A stretch of 64,000 nucleotides of DNA, taken from a virus. The notes beneath the pieces are model-generated. The model did no database searches and was not told the DNA's origin. It saw nothing but the letters and a program-made list of their open reading frames with translations. Numbering within the stretch: the stretch's first letter is position 1; each line of letters opens with the position of its first letter. Location: IMG/VR virus record IMGVR_UViG_3300032579_000531, positions 1 to 64,000 of that record; one strand, written 5' to 3'. Positions 53,850 through 63,760 of the stretch are shown here, in pieces. The position numbers and the translations under genes were made by a program.

Positions 53850-55904
53850 TCATTTTTCGTGTGCGATAAATTCGCCGTTCCAATTAGCAGGTAAGTCCTG
53901 TTGCTTCATGAACTCACAACGCTCTATCCAAATCTTGTAGTACTTGTCCATTTGTCCGCCAAAGTTACCAACGAGCTTTTTACACATCGCGGCCGCTTCA
54001 TCAAACTTCTTAGCCTTGTATAAGGCATGCATAGCATTGTGTTGTTCTCGATCTTTTGTGTAGTCTGCACCCTTGGTACGTAGAACTGTGTAGATTAAGT
54101 CTGCTACAGTCTTACCTTTAGGTTGTAAGTTATCTAGTAACAAGTAGAAGAAATCATCTTGAGTACGGTTATAAGTTTCTGCGCCAATAATACACAATAC
54201 ACCATAGGCTTTACAACGTGCTTCTAAGCGAGCAGCAGTTGATACGGAATCACCCAGAATATCGTAGCTATGTCTGTCAGTTGAGCCCATTTCACCAATA
54301 AAGCCAATACCTGTATTACAGCCCCAGCCCATTGCAGCAGGTGGTAATCCTTGTGCTTCCATTAGTTTAGTATATTCATCTACAGCATCTAACATCTCAA
54401 GTCCTACCTTAACGATAGTACGTGCATGATTAGGATCTTCAATAGGAGCACCGAACATATACATTGAAGCATCTCCTACATATTTTAAGACCATACCGTT
54501 ATTATCTAGCACCGGCTTGCTAATAGCGTCCATATAGCCGTTCATATACCGGCCAAGACCGGCCACATCGTCGCCATAATGTTCACCAATCGGGGTAAAC
54601 CCTCTAAGGTCGCTAAAAGCAACCGATACATCTTTTCGAACGCCTTGCTTTACAAGTTCGGGATTTTTCTGTAGCATCTCTACTACTTCCTTACTACAGT
54701 AACCAGCAAACTGTTTCTTAATTGCTTGCTTCTGTAAGAACTCGCTTACGAACTTCACCCCATAAGTATGGAGAGCAACCAGGACAAGACCACCAACCAC
54801 CACAGTAATGTCAAACAGCCAAGCCCTACTCGAATACATATAATTAGAAAGAGGAATAGCCCCGCCAATAACGATAACTGCTGAAAGAATGCCAACATAA
54901 GTCCACCTTGAAAGAAAAATTAATAGAATACCCAGTGCAACAAAGCCTATGACTTCTGCACCCTCGGCCCAGTCTGGACGAGTAATAACAGGACGTGTCT
55001 TGTTAGCAATTACAGTACCCAGTACAGCCGCTTGTAAATCTTGTGGTAGCATTTCACCTAAACTTGTTGCAACAGGGTTAGCTAGTCCTTGTGCCGATAC
55101 ACCTACTATAACAATCTCACCTTCAAAGTCTCGAGGCAAGTCAGTTAAACTATAATGGTCTGGAGTCAATGACCAGTCAATCCATATACGTGACAAACTA
55201 TCTGTAGCCACAATGCCTTGACTAGGTATACGCATCTTCTCTACACCGTTGTCATTTACTTTGATCTGTACAGTTGAATCGCCTCCGGCTACACGTAAAG
55301 TCTCCATTGCCAGGTTGGGATATAGTTGACCATTGTATGCAACTACTAACGGCATACGACGTACAACACCGTCTACTTCAGGAAATGTATTTGTAATACC
55401 AACACCTGCGGCAGCGGATTCTACTTGCGGTATATTAGCAATAATGCCAGGGAACTCTACAAACGCTTCTTGGTTGAAACTTCCAATGACCGCTGAACCT
55501 GGGGCTCGTGGATTGTTTCTAGTTGTTGCTCCTCCGACGCTAGGAAGAACTGTTGGGTATTGTTTAAGTGCTTGTACATAATCTTGGTCACGACCGAGGC
55601 GATCACGATCAGGAGTAAAAATATTGAAAACAACAAGACCAGCATTCCGCTTATAAAGATCGGCGATAATGCGGCCATAGATATCTCGACTGAATGGAAA
55701 TTGTCCATATTTTTCTAGTGCCTTTTCATCAATGTTTACTACGCTAACCCCAATCGGTTCTGCTGTCTTGCTGGTTACTAGTGTATCAAAGTAACGTAGG
55801 CGAACACTTTCAACAAATGTAGGATCTGATATACGCAGAGCAGTTACAAGGGCTAGAGTTAATAAAGCAGTCCAGGGACTGGTTAGTATTTTTTTGAACA
55901 TCAA
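53850..55904 (-). CDS. CHASE2-domain class III adenylate cyclase
   Basis: VNIDEKAL..GQFPFSR, DGVVRRMPL (CHASE2); TM helices; FSDLRGFT, KYVGD, GDSVSTAARLE. Confidence 0.92.
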   Translation of the reverse strand: MMFKKILTSPWTALLTLALVTALRISDPTFVESVRLRYFDTLVTSKTAEPIGVSVVNIDEKALEKYGQFPFSRDIYGRIIADLYKRNAGLVVFNIFTPDRDRLGRDQDYVQALKQYPTVLPSVGGATTRNNPRAPGSAVIGSFNQEAFVEFPGIIANIPQVESAAAGVGITNTFPEVDGVVRRMPLVVAYNGQLYPNLAMETLRVAGGDSTVQIKVNDNGVEKMRIPSQGIVATDSLSRIWIDWSLTPDHYSLTDLPRDFEGEIVIVGVSAQGLANPVATSLGEMLPQDLQAAVLGTVIANKTRPVITRPDWAEGAEVIGFVALGILLIFLSRWTYVGILSAVIVIGGAIPLSNYMYSSRAWLFDITVVVGGLVLVALHTYGVKFVSEFLQKQAIKKQFAGYCSKEVVEMLQKNPELVKQGVRKDVSVAFSDLRGFTPIGEHYGDDVAGLGRYMNGYMDAISKPVLDNNGMVLKYVGDASMYMFGAPIEDPNHARTIVKVGLEMLDAVDEYTKLMEAQGLPPAAMGWGCNTGIGFIGEMGSTDRHSYDILGDSVSTAARLEARCKAYGVLCIIGAETYNRTQDDFFYLLLDNLQPKGKTVADLIYTVLRTKGADYTKDREQHNAMHALYKAKKFDEAAAMCKKLVGNFGGQMDKYYKIWIERCEFMKQQDLPANWNGEFIAHEK

Positions 55905-55908
55905 GTAT

Positions 55909-56385
55909 TTATTTTATTTGAATTAGGTTATCTTTGAAAATACTCCAACATTCTTCCCAGGTCCAGTGTAGACTAGATTCTTTAACTTGTGCTCGATCTA
56001 GAGTTAAGCATTTACGAACAGCTTCTTCAAGATCCCAATCCATACACCCGTTTACACCCGGCTCAATAATGTCTATAGGGCCTTGTACCGGAAATGCCGC
56101 TACTGGAGTTCCTTGTGCCATTGCTTCTATAATAACTAAACCAAATGTATCTGCGCTACTTGGGAATACAAATACATCTGCTTGATTATAATAGTCTACT
56201 AGTTCTTGTCCTGATTTATACCCCACAAACTTAGCCCACGGTAACAATCTACGAGCATCTTTCATGTACGGCCCATCACCTACAATGACCAACGTATATT
56301 CTGTGGGATCTAATTCTGCTAAAGTTGCCAACAAACTGCTGTATTTCAAAATAGCCGCCGCAGTCCTGTACATATAAACTAACAT
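55909..56385 (-). pseudogene. 5'-truncated GT4 glycosyltransferase (C-terminal domain only)
   Basis: IVGDGP, ADVFVFPS..DTFGLVIIEAMAQGTPV; N-terminal domain absent. Confidence 0.75.
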
Positions 56386-56436
56386 CGTCTAAATTTTCTT
56401 TATAATAGCGATATTTGTTTATGGTAAAGGATATCA

Positions 56437-58641
56437 TTAGTTACCCTGGCGAACAGTTATTGTGCCGCAGGTGGTATAACAAGTTTGTGTAACACTATAA
56501 CTTTGTCCACCAGTTTGTGTTAAATTTACACTTGCTGGAGCACCGCTATTAACTAAAGATATTGACGCAGAGTTTGCGCCGCTTGCACCTGTATTTGATT
56601 GCGTTACTGTAGCAGAGTTGCTGTTACCTGTTGCACTAACACTGATATAACTGGCACTAGTTCCTGTTTGACTTGTTGTTACTGTATTGCTATTACCTGT
56701 TACACTGGCAAATAATTGATTGCGAGCTGTACCTGTTTGTGTAATACCAACGGTGTTTAAGTTTCCATTAATAGTTACACTAGCAAACTGGCCAGCATTG
56801 GCAACAGTATTCTCTTGCACTACAGTCAAGTTATTACCAGTACCATTGACATAATCATATTGATAGTGCCCACCTTGATCAAGTCCTGTTGCTGTGCCTG
56901 TGCTACTTGTACCTTGATTTAAATTAAGAGTGTTACTACCTCCTGCAGAATACAAGTCTATTAGGTTATTACCTGTATGTGCAGTAGGATCACCTTGGCG
57001 TACAGTTATATGATTACTGCCTCCAGTAATAATTGCAGCAGTAGCAGTAGCACCATCTAATCTATTGCCTGCACCAACTTGCGTAATATTAATTGCGTCT
57101 CCATTACCAGTTTGGTTAATATAAATTACATTATTAGTAAGTCCCGGCATAGTGACTGCGTTAACTTGATTCTGTTGTGCGGTAGTAATTGTACTAGAGC
57201 CACCCGACGTGGATGTGTTGATCAATGTAGCTGAGCCATTGTTGGCTGTAGTTGTGCTACCATCACTCCATGTTGTGGTTGTAATAGGTTGGCTATAGTA
57301 GCTAGTAGTACTACCACTGGTACTAGATGTTGTGATAACAGAGTTTGCTGTGCTTACTACAGTTGGAGCAGAGGAACCGCCGGTTCCGCCGGTCTGTCCA
57401 GCAGTTAGCGGAGTACTACTCATACCACCAGATAATGTATTAGTTTGTGCGGCTGTTGGATTTTCTACTCCAGTGAAGGTAGCACCTTGTCCTGTTAATC
57501 CCAAGTTACCACTGAGCAATGTTCCATTGTAGTTACTATTAGTAAAGAACAAATACAAGTTACCATTACTAGCAGTACCTTCAACTAATATGCGCCCAGT
57601 ACCCAATGCTCTAAATGATCCATCAGCATTAACCAGAATCATAGTCCACGGATTAGTTGCACTATCACTTCCTGTATTAGGAATAAACGTAACATACTGA
57701 GTACTACCGATTGCTGTCCAGCTACCTGTTTCGTATGTGCCACCTGGGCTTGTGCTATATACCTGACATGTTGCGGTTTGTGTGCAAGCACTGACATTCC
57801 ATTGCGTATCTGCTACTTGACTTGCACCAAAGTGTACTCCGGTAAATGCCGAGCTTGATAAGGTTGTTTGTGTTGCTGTACCAACTACTGTAGAAACTGC
57901 GCCATCGCTATAGGTTGTTGTAGTTGTAGGTGTTGTTACAGTTACTTGTTGATTGCCAATAATAACTGTACTGGTTGCAGTTGTTGTAGTAGTGCCTGTT
58001 ACAGTAACTGCCGGAGCTCCGCCCACACCTTGTGTTGCCTGCGGAGTGACCATTGTAGTAAATCCAGCACTAGCACCAGGAGTACATGTAAAGATAGTTG
58101 TACCTGCGGCACATGCACCTGCATAGGTTCCTACTTCAATACTGGGATTGCTACTGGCATTTGTTCCAGACAAGTAGAAACTGATATTGTATGTTGAGCC
58201 TGCGGTTACACTTATACTTTGATAGATACCGTCGTAACTACCAACTGCGCCATCGTACCATTGATAAGGACTCCAATACCCAGCAGCCGATGGTACTGTT
58301 CCGTTTTGATACCATACTCCCCAATCAGCTGGTGCTTGTATTCCCACAGAGGTTGATCCACCATATTGTAAGTTACCATTGGCTAATAAGTTAGTGGATG
58401 ATCCCGACTTGGTAACTGCGGCATTGGTAAATGTCCAGTAACCTGGATCCTGTCTAAAAGCAAAACCAATGTAGTCTGCACCGGTTGTGTTGGCTGTAAA
58501 ACTATAATTGTACTGTATATTACCGCTAGAATAATTTAATACCCCACCCAAGTATCCACTTGGAAGATTCTGTGCGTGTGCCTTGGGAGTACAGAATCCA
58601 ACAAGGCTGGCGATAAGGATAGTGGCAAGTATTTTAAACAT
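56437..58641 (-). CDS. Secreted protein: carbohydrate-binding-like N-domain, T-rich linkers, C-terminal curlin-like repeats
   Basis: Signal peptide; repeats like NVIYINQTGNGDAINITQVG, NSATVTQ. Confidence 0.75.
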   Translation of the reverse strand: MFKILATILIASLVGFCTPKAHAQNLPSGYLGGVLNYSSGNIQYNYSFTANTTGADYIGFAFRQDPGYWTFTNAAVTKSGSSTNLLANGNLQYGGSTSVGIQAPADWGVWYQNGTVPSAAGYWSPYQWYDGAVGSYDGIYQSISVTAGSTYNISFYLSGTNASSNPSIEVGTYAGACAAGTTIFTCTPGASAGFTTMVTPQATQGVGGAPAVTVTGTTTTTATSTVIIGNQQVTVTTPTTTTTYSDGAVSTVVGTATQTTLSSSAFTGVHFGASQVADTQWNVSACTQTATCQVYSTSPGGTYETGSWTAIGSTQYVTFIPNTGSDSATNPWTMILVNADGSFRALGTGRILVEGTASNGNLYLFFTNSNYNGTLLSGNLGLTGQGATFTGVENPTAAQTNTLSGGMSSTPLTAGQTGGTGGSSAPTVVSTANSVITTSSTSGSTTSYYSQPITTTTWSDGSTTTANNGSATLINTSTSGGSSTITTAQQNQVNAVTMPGLTNNVIYINQTGNGDAINITQVGAGNRLDGATATAAIITGGSNHITVRQGDPTAHTGNNLIDLYSAGGSNTLNLNQGTSSTGTATGLDQGGHYQYDYVNGTGNNLTVVQENTVANAGQFASVTINGNLNTVGITQTGTARNQLFASVTGNSNTVTTSQTGTSASYISVSATGNSNSATVTQSNTGASGANSASISLVNSGAPASVNLTQTGGQSYSVTQTCYTTCGTITVRQGN

Positions 58642-58642
58642 A

Positions 58643-59785
58643 TTAATTCTGCTTGGTTGTTATAAAGGTATTGCCACCGGCATTGATTCTGTTGGTGATG
58701 GTTACATTACCACTCTGTGTCTGTACAATAGTAGAATTTTGACCTTTAGGAGTTGTAACACAACTTGTATTACTATTAGCATCACTGCGACATAACTGTA
58801 CACTGATTGCATCTACAGTAGCTTCTACCCCCGATGATTTTCTATAATCGGGAAGCAATTGATTCTTGGGTGCGGCTAACAAGTTACCAAATTCTGCAGC
58901 AAGTTGATCATTCATTATTTGTAACATGCTTTCAAGGAAGTCCTGATCTAATAGATTACGTTGTAGTGCATTGGTATAAACTTGATTATTTTCTGCAACC
59001 AATACACTACTTAGATCAACACCCTTAAGAAAATCTTGACTAAGTGCCGATTCAGCTGGCAACTTTTCTGCTTGTTGGCGTTGCTGAGCAGTTTTAATTT
59101 CTTGCGGTGGTGCCAGGATTAACATATTTCCAATAGCATCTTCAGTTAAGTGTAAGGTAACAGGCCTTGTGGGTGCTACATTACGTGCGGATACTTTAGT
59201 TGCCTGGAATGCTTGATCTAATGTTACAGTACCGGCGTCATTCATAACATCAATTTTACCAGTCACACAATAACGTTCAATCTCATCGGGCAACATATTT
59301 TTACGTGGACAGCTTGGCAATAGAATAAATGTGCTGGAACCTAGCTCATCAACTGTAGCAGTAAAATCAGTACCGCGAACAGCAACGGTAGCAGTAGGAG
59401 TGTTGATAGCCACCTTATTAGGATTGTTATGAGCAATCGCCCCTGATGCGTAGCGGACTGTACCACTAGCCATGTTAAGAGCAAGTTTGCCAGCATCTTT
59501 ATTTTTTGGATCATACACGAATTCGTCAATGACCAGTTTGGAGTTTTCATTCACTTGCACCTTAGTGTCATCGGCAAACACAATACCAACCTTGCCTTGC
59601 TTGGTAGTAATGGCGTCAGCCATATCAACACCGGTACCTTTACTACCAGTAAGTGTTGTTTTTGCTCGTTGTATTTGCGGAGGATTGTTTACTTGTTCTG
59701 TGATTGTGCCAATGGCAGCATGAGCGGAAATAGACAACAATAATGTTGCCCAAATTAATCGTCTTGTTGCTTGAACCATACACAT
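58643..59785 (-). CDS. FecR-domain periplasmic protein
   Basis: FADDTKVQVNENSKLVIDEF, INTPTATVAVRGTDF. Confidence 0.88.
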   Translation of the reverse strand: MCMVQATRRLIWATLLLSISAHAAIGTITEQVNNPPQIQRAKTTLTGSKGTGVDMADAITTKQGKVGIVFADDTKVQVNENSKLVIDEFVYDPKNKDAGKLALNMASGTVRYASGAIAHNNPNKVAINTPTATVAVRGTDFTATVDELGSSTFILLPSCPRKNMLPDEIERYCVTGKIDVMNDAGTVTLDQAFQATKVSARNVAPTRPVTLHLTEDAIGNMLILAPPQEIKTAQQRQQAEKLPAESALSQDFLKGVDLSSVLVAENNQVYTNALQRNLLDQDFLESMLQIMNDQLAAEFGNLLAAPKNQLLPDYRKSSGVEATVDAISVQLCRSDANSNTSCVTTPKGQNSTIVQTQSGNVTITNRINAGGNTFITTKQN

Positions 59786-59931
59786 CGTTGTAAGTCTCTC
59801 ATTAATTGATCTTTTGGCGTACCAGTAAGTCTGTGCGCCAGCTCTATAAAATCTACGGCTCTACTAGCCACATTAGACTGACCATCGCTCCACTGTTGAT
59901 ATACTGTGTTTAAGAAGCGAAGGTCTGTCAT
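59755..59931 (-). CDS. 58 aa hypothetical protein (not in ORF track)
   Basis: MTDLRFLNTVYQQW..CVWFKQQDD fills the gap in the operon. Confidence 0.45.
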   Translation of the reverse strand: MTDLRFLNTVYQQWSDGQSNVASRAVDFIELAHRLTGTPKDQLMRDLQRCVWFKQQDD

Positions 59932-59934
59932 ATA

Positions 59935-60834
59935 TTAATGATGCTGTACAATGTTCCAAGTATTACTGCTACCACTACTTTGAATATTTGTAGTGTTGTT
60001 ACCGCTTGTAGCTGTTTGGTTCACAGTAAATGTATTGCTATTACCAGTTAACCCTAATACTAACGTGTTATCGTTACTACCAGTTTGGCTTGCTGTAATA
60101 GTATTACTAGAACCTGTTAAACTTCCAACTACTGCTAGGCCAGTTGCATTATAACCACCAATAGTAATACTGTCGCCATTGGAGCCACCAGTTTGTGTCA
60201 ACCCAAATGTATTACTTGCACCTGTACTGTTTAAAGTAACACTAGCATTAGTTGCCGCTGTTGTTGTAGTCCCTTGAGTCATTGTTAGACTATTACTTGC
60301 GCCACCGTTCATTGTGATATTATCAGTATTATTTGTACCGTTAACAATAGCAACAATAGAGTTACTACTACCGCCTGCTGTCACAGCGGTAAAGTTGTTA
60401 CCTGTACCTAATAAGTTAATATTCAAATTGGCAGTATTACCAGTTTGTGTTACACTAATATTATTACTTGCACTTGTAGCAGAGCCATCATTGTTACTAT
60501 TGATCACTGCTGTTGCATTGTTACCTGTCACAGAGTAATTGTAATTGTTACCAGTTAATCCGTTGGCCACAGTTGTCTGGATACCTAATTGTAAGGTATC
60601 GCCTGTGCCTACTTGATTTACTGTTACGTTATTACTATTACCAGTAATTACTGCCGGTGTTGTTGCACTTGAACCTGTGCCTTGTACACCTTCTACTGCA
60701 TCACCTGCGCCATTTTGTGTAATTGAAATGTTACTGTTACTACCTGATTGATTGATGTAGATGGTGTTATCTGCACCAAATGCACTTATAGTCACTACGG
60801 CTAGCATTGTTGTTATTATTTTCGCTAGTTTCAT
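59935..60834 (-). CDS. Curlin-like (CsgA/CsgB-type) repeat protein
   Basis: Signal peptide; tandem N-x-I-x-I-x-Q-x-G-x-x-N repeats throughout; SD AAGGAG. Confidence 0.8.
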   Translation of the reverse strand: MKLAKIITTMLAVVTISAFGADNTIYINQSGSNSNISITQNGAGDAVEGVQGTGSSATTPAVITGNSNNVTVNQVGTGDTLQLGIQTTVANGLTGNNYNYSVTGNNATAVINSNNDGSATSASNNISVTQTGNTANLNINLLGTGNNFTAVTAGGSSNSIVAIVNGTNNTDNITMNGGASNSLTMTQGTTTTAATNASVTLNSTGASNTFGLTQTGGSNGDSITIGGYNATGLAVVGSLTGSSNTITASQTGSNDNTLVLGLTGNSNTFTVNQTATSGNNTTNIQSSGSSNTWNIVQHH

Positions 60835-60905
60835 TTTACTACTCCTTTTGGCCCCTGGCCTTATGTCCTGCGGTCCCTGCTTCTCCGCTGGTTGTTTTAG
60901 TTACT

Positions 60906-61868
60906 TCACTTTACTACCCCCAACTTTGCTTCTACATCTGCAGGTAAGCCTGTTTTATTAGACATACCTAATGGAATTGTTGGCTCGCCCTTGGCATTAG
61001 GATTAATATACGCTGGCGCTACTTGGTTGTAGTCCCATACCCCTTTGCGTTGGCCTTCCTTGATTAACTCTACTACACTTGCTTCAATAGTTGATTTAAG
61101 TGCGATAGTGGTTGCTTCGTTGATTGTTAAACCTGATTCAAATTGGAATATTGCTGCCGCAGCATCTGTTGCGCCGGTATTAGGTGCGCCAATTTGCGTA
61201 ACCATATGTCCCAAGCTACCTGGATCTATACTCTTAAAGATTGCAATACTATCTGCTGTTGAGTAAATGATCTTGGTAACAGTTACACTGGCTAGAATCT
61301 TACCGGTGTTAACACTGATAGCACGTAGACTAATTGTGATAATATCTTTACTGTACTGAGTTGTTGGGCCAATACCAAGGAAGTTATATCCTGTACCACC
61401 AGACTCCAGTCCGGTATCGTAACCAATAATTCCGCCTTCAATAATTACGCCGGCAAACTGTAATGGCATTAGCTTCTGTGCATCTTTACCTTCATATGCT
61501 TGACGCATTTGAGTAATGATTAACCGCTCTTTGGTCAAGGCATCAATGTTTCCTCGCTCAACAACATCAAACCATAAACCGTGACCAACGTCTTGCAAAC
61601 TGCGAATTAATAGTGCATCGCCACCTTGTGTAACTGCTGTACTAAAACTGGCAATACCAGGAACTGCTTTACGTTGTCCTGTTTTATCTGCAAAGTTGTA
61701 GACAGCCACAGTTAAACGACCAGCAGCAGGTGGAGGAATAGCATCAAACTCTTTTTGTAATTCGTTTTTAGGTACTACAGGTTTTGCCTCTAGTACTCCC
61801 ATTTTTTGGCTTATAGCACAACCAGAAAGTGCCGCTATTACCATTATGGATAAGAGTAATTTTTTCAT
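60906..61868 (-). CDS. csgG: Curli secretion channel CsgG
   Basis: Lipobox LSGC; VAVYNFADKTGQRK, FSTAVTQGG, WFDVVERG..L.KER.II, IEGGIIGYD. Confidence 0.93.
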   Translation of the reverse strand: MKKLLLSIMVIAALSGCAISQKMGVLEAKPVVPKNELQKEFDAIPPPAAGRLTVAVYNFADKTGQRKAVPGIASFSTAVTQGGDALLIRSLQDVGHGLWFDVVERGNIDALTKERLIITQMRQAYEGKDAQKLMPLQFAGVIIEGGIIGYDTGLESGGTGYNFLGIGPTTQYSKDIITISLRAISVNTGKILASVTVTKIIYSTADSIAIFKSIDPGSLGHMVTQIGAPNTGATDAAAAIFQFESGLTINEATTIALKSTIEASVVELIKEGQRKGVWDYNQVAPAYINPNAKGEPTIPLGMSNKTGLPADVEAKLGVVK

Positions 61869-62335
61869 TAGTTTCCGCCTCCGGTAATGTTAAATTGACT
61901 CAATGGAATATTAATTGTAGTTACGTTACCCACGTTGTCTGTTACTTGCAATTGGATTTGACTACCATTATTGTTATAGTAGATCGTGTTGCCCTGGAAG
62001 GTAATCTGGCCAGTACTACTGCTACCGCCGGCAAACATTGCAGTGGCTAAATTCTGCGAAATCTGTGCATAAACACGCGATTCCAGGTTGGTTAGGAACT
62101 GATTTATAGGGGTATTGGCTGCATCTGCCTTGGCTTGTTGCGCGGCCGCTGTAAGTGCTTGCTGAATAGTCAATGCACGTTGATACTGCTGATTTTCCAA
62201 GGCCATTTGGAAAGTTGAGTAGCCGTTACCATTCAAACTAGCACTTTTAAATGAGTAGTCTGATATTGTAGTAGCGTAGGTGGTTGTCGCGGATAAGGCG
62301 ATTGCGGTTAGAATAACCTTGTTGATAATTCTCAT
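61868..62335 (-). CDS. csgF: Curli assembly protein CsgF
   Basis: Signal peptide; YSFKSASLNGNG..ENQQ, FLTNLESRVYAQIS, VTD..GNVTTINIP; adjacent to csgG. Confidence 0.8.
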   Translation of the reverse strand: MRIINKVILTAIALSATTTYATTISDYSFKSASLNGNGYSTFQMALENQQYQRALTIQQALTAAAQQAKADAANTPINQFLTNLESRVYAQISQNLATAMFAGGSSSTGQITFQGNTIYYNNNGSQIQLQVTDNVGNVTTINIPLSQFNITGGGN

Positions 62336-62435
62336 TACTTCTACCCCTGTTATTATTATTATAAGGTAGTAAAGTCGTGTAGACTCTAGCTCCTATAGTA
62401 TTTAATAGGACCTAGAACAAGAATTATGTAGTATT

Positions 62436-62744
62436 TTAAATTGTAGGTATTCTTTTAATTATTTCTTCGTAGAAAGAGTCCAATTCTCCACCAAATTGAC
62501 CTATCAGATGATCTGAAATATCTTTGCAGAGCTGGTAATTTTCTTCTTTGAGTGCTTTGATAAAGCCTTCGTGTAACTCTATATAGTTGGTTAAATTTGT
62601 AAATCCAGAAAGTCCAATCTTTTCAGGAGGCACTACACAATAGGTAGTTACCGGAATACCCTTAACATCAAACGTCTCAAGTTCTAATACTGTATGAGTT
62701 TGTTTTAATTGTTGTACTGCTCGGTGGTCCCAAACTATTTGCAT
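62436..62744 (-). CDS. Stand-alone homologue of the cyclase C-terminal helical domain
   Basis: HLIGQFGGELDSFY..IIKR versus cyclase KLVGNFGGQMDKYY..WIER. Confidence 0.6.
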   Translation of the reverse strand: MQIVWDHRAVQQLKQTHTVLELETFDVKGIPVTTYCVVPPEKIGLSGFTNLTNYIELHEGFIKALKEENYQLCKDISDHLIGQFGGELDSFYEEIIKRIPTI

Positions 62745-63277
62745 TACCTATCCTTCGAAATCTTTAATCTGCGGTAAATCTCTTGTACACCCTGCGCTTG
62801 GCTAATACAATCTTCCAAGGCATTGTGTAAGCCAGCTTTGCCTTTTTCGCGAGGGTCGCCGTGTACACCAAATAAGGTACGGCTGTCGCGAATTTGCCAA
62901 AACTGCCATGGAGTTGGCCAGCCCTGTTGACGATAAATGTTTTCAAGAATAACAATGTCAAACGCAGGTCCTTGGCACCAGATGTTGGTTACACCTACAC
63001 AAAACCGATTTAGGTCTCGGTACAGAGTTTCTAAACTAACACGGCCTTCTTCGCTAAGTGCTTCTTCACGAACATCCTGTGCTTGCTGTCCCCACCATGC
63101 TAGTGTATCTTCCTGTACTTCACGTCCCAGGGCTAGTTGTTCATCAACATCGATGCGATGATATAAGCTATCACCAAAACTATCTACAGTATAAGGATCA
63201 AACTTAACAGCACCAATTGTGAGAATAGCACAATCTGGGCGTGTACCTAGTGATTCCAAATCTAACATTATGTCCAC
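62744..63277 (-). CDS. DEDDh 3'-5' exonuclease (Rv2179c/DUF5051-like)
   Basis: MLDLESLG, WCQGPAFD, RDSRT, HNALED. Confidence 0.88.
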   Translation of the reverse strand: MDIMLDLESLGTRPDCAILTIGAVKFDPYTVDSFGDSLYHRIDVDEQLALGREVQEDTLAWWGQQAQDVREEALSEEGRVSLETLYRDLNRFCVGVTNIWCQGPAFDIVILENIYRQQGWPTPWQFWQIRDSRTLFGVHGDPREKGKAGLHNALEDCISQAQGVQEIYRRLKISKDR

Positions 63278-63280
63278 AAT

Positions 63281-63760
63281 TTATCCTTGCTTTAAAATTT
63301 TAAGAGATTCAGATTCCACTACACGTCTACGTAATCCTGAGCTAGAAAAGGAATGATCACGACCATTATATACAAGCTCTATTCCCCGACGTATGCATTC
63401 CATTCTTCCTGAGAATTCTTTATCTTTGTATTCAACACCAAGTACTCGTACGTCAAGTGGTAATATTAATAATAAGTCTATTAGATCTTGTTCTGTTTGA
63501 TAAACAACTACTTCGTCTACATACCGACAAGCGGCCAATTGAATTTGACGTTCCACAATACTTTGAACAGGATGGTTCTTGGTTTCAGGACGATCAATTG
63601 TTGGATCTGTTTGCAAGCCGGCAATCAAGTAATCGCAATGATTTTTTGCTTCTGACAACATAGAAATATGACCGGCGTGAGGACCTAAATCAAAAGTACT
63701 AAATGTAATTCCAATTCTTTTACCTTGTTCTTTTAATTCTCGTATTTTATTAAAGATCAT
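63281..63760 (-). CDS. Cytidylyltransferase (TagD-like, HxGH)
   Basis: FSTFDLGPHAGH, YVDEV, RDHSFSSS. Confidence 0.88.
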   Translation of the reverse strand: MIFNKIRELKEQGKRIGITFSTFDLGPHAGHISMLSEAKNHCDYLIAGLQTDPTIDRPETKNHPVQSIVERQIQLAACRYVDEVVVYQTEQDLIDLLLILPLDVRVLGVEYKDKEFSGRMECIRRGIELVYNGRDHSFSSSGLRRRVVESESLKILKQG

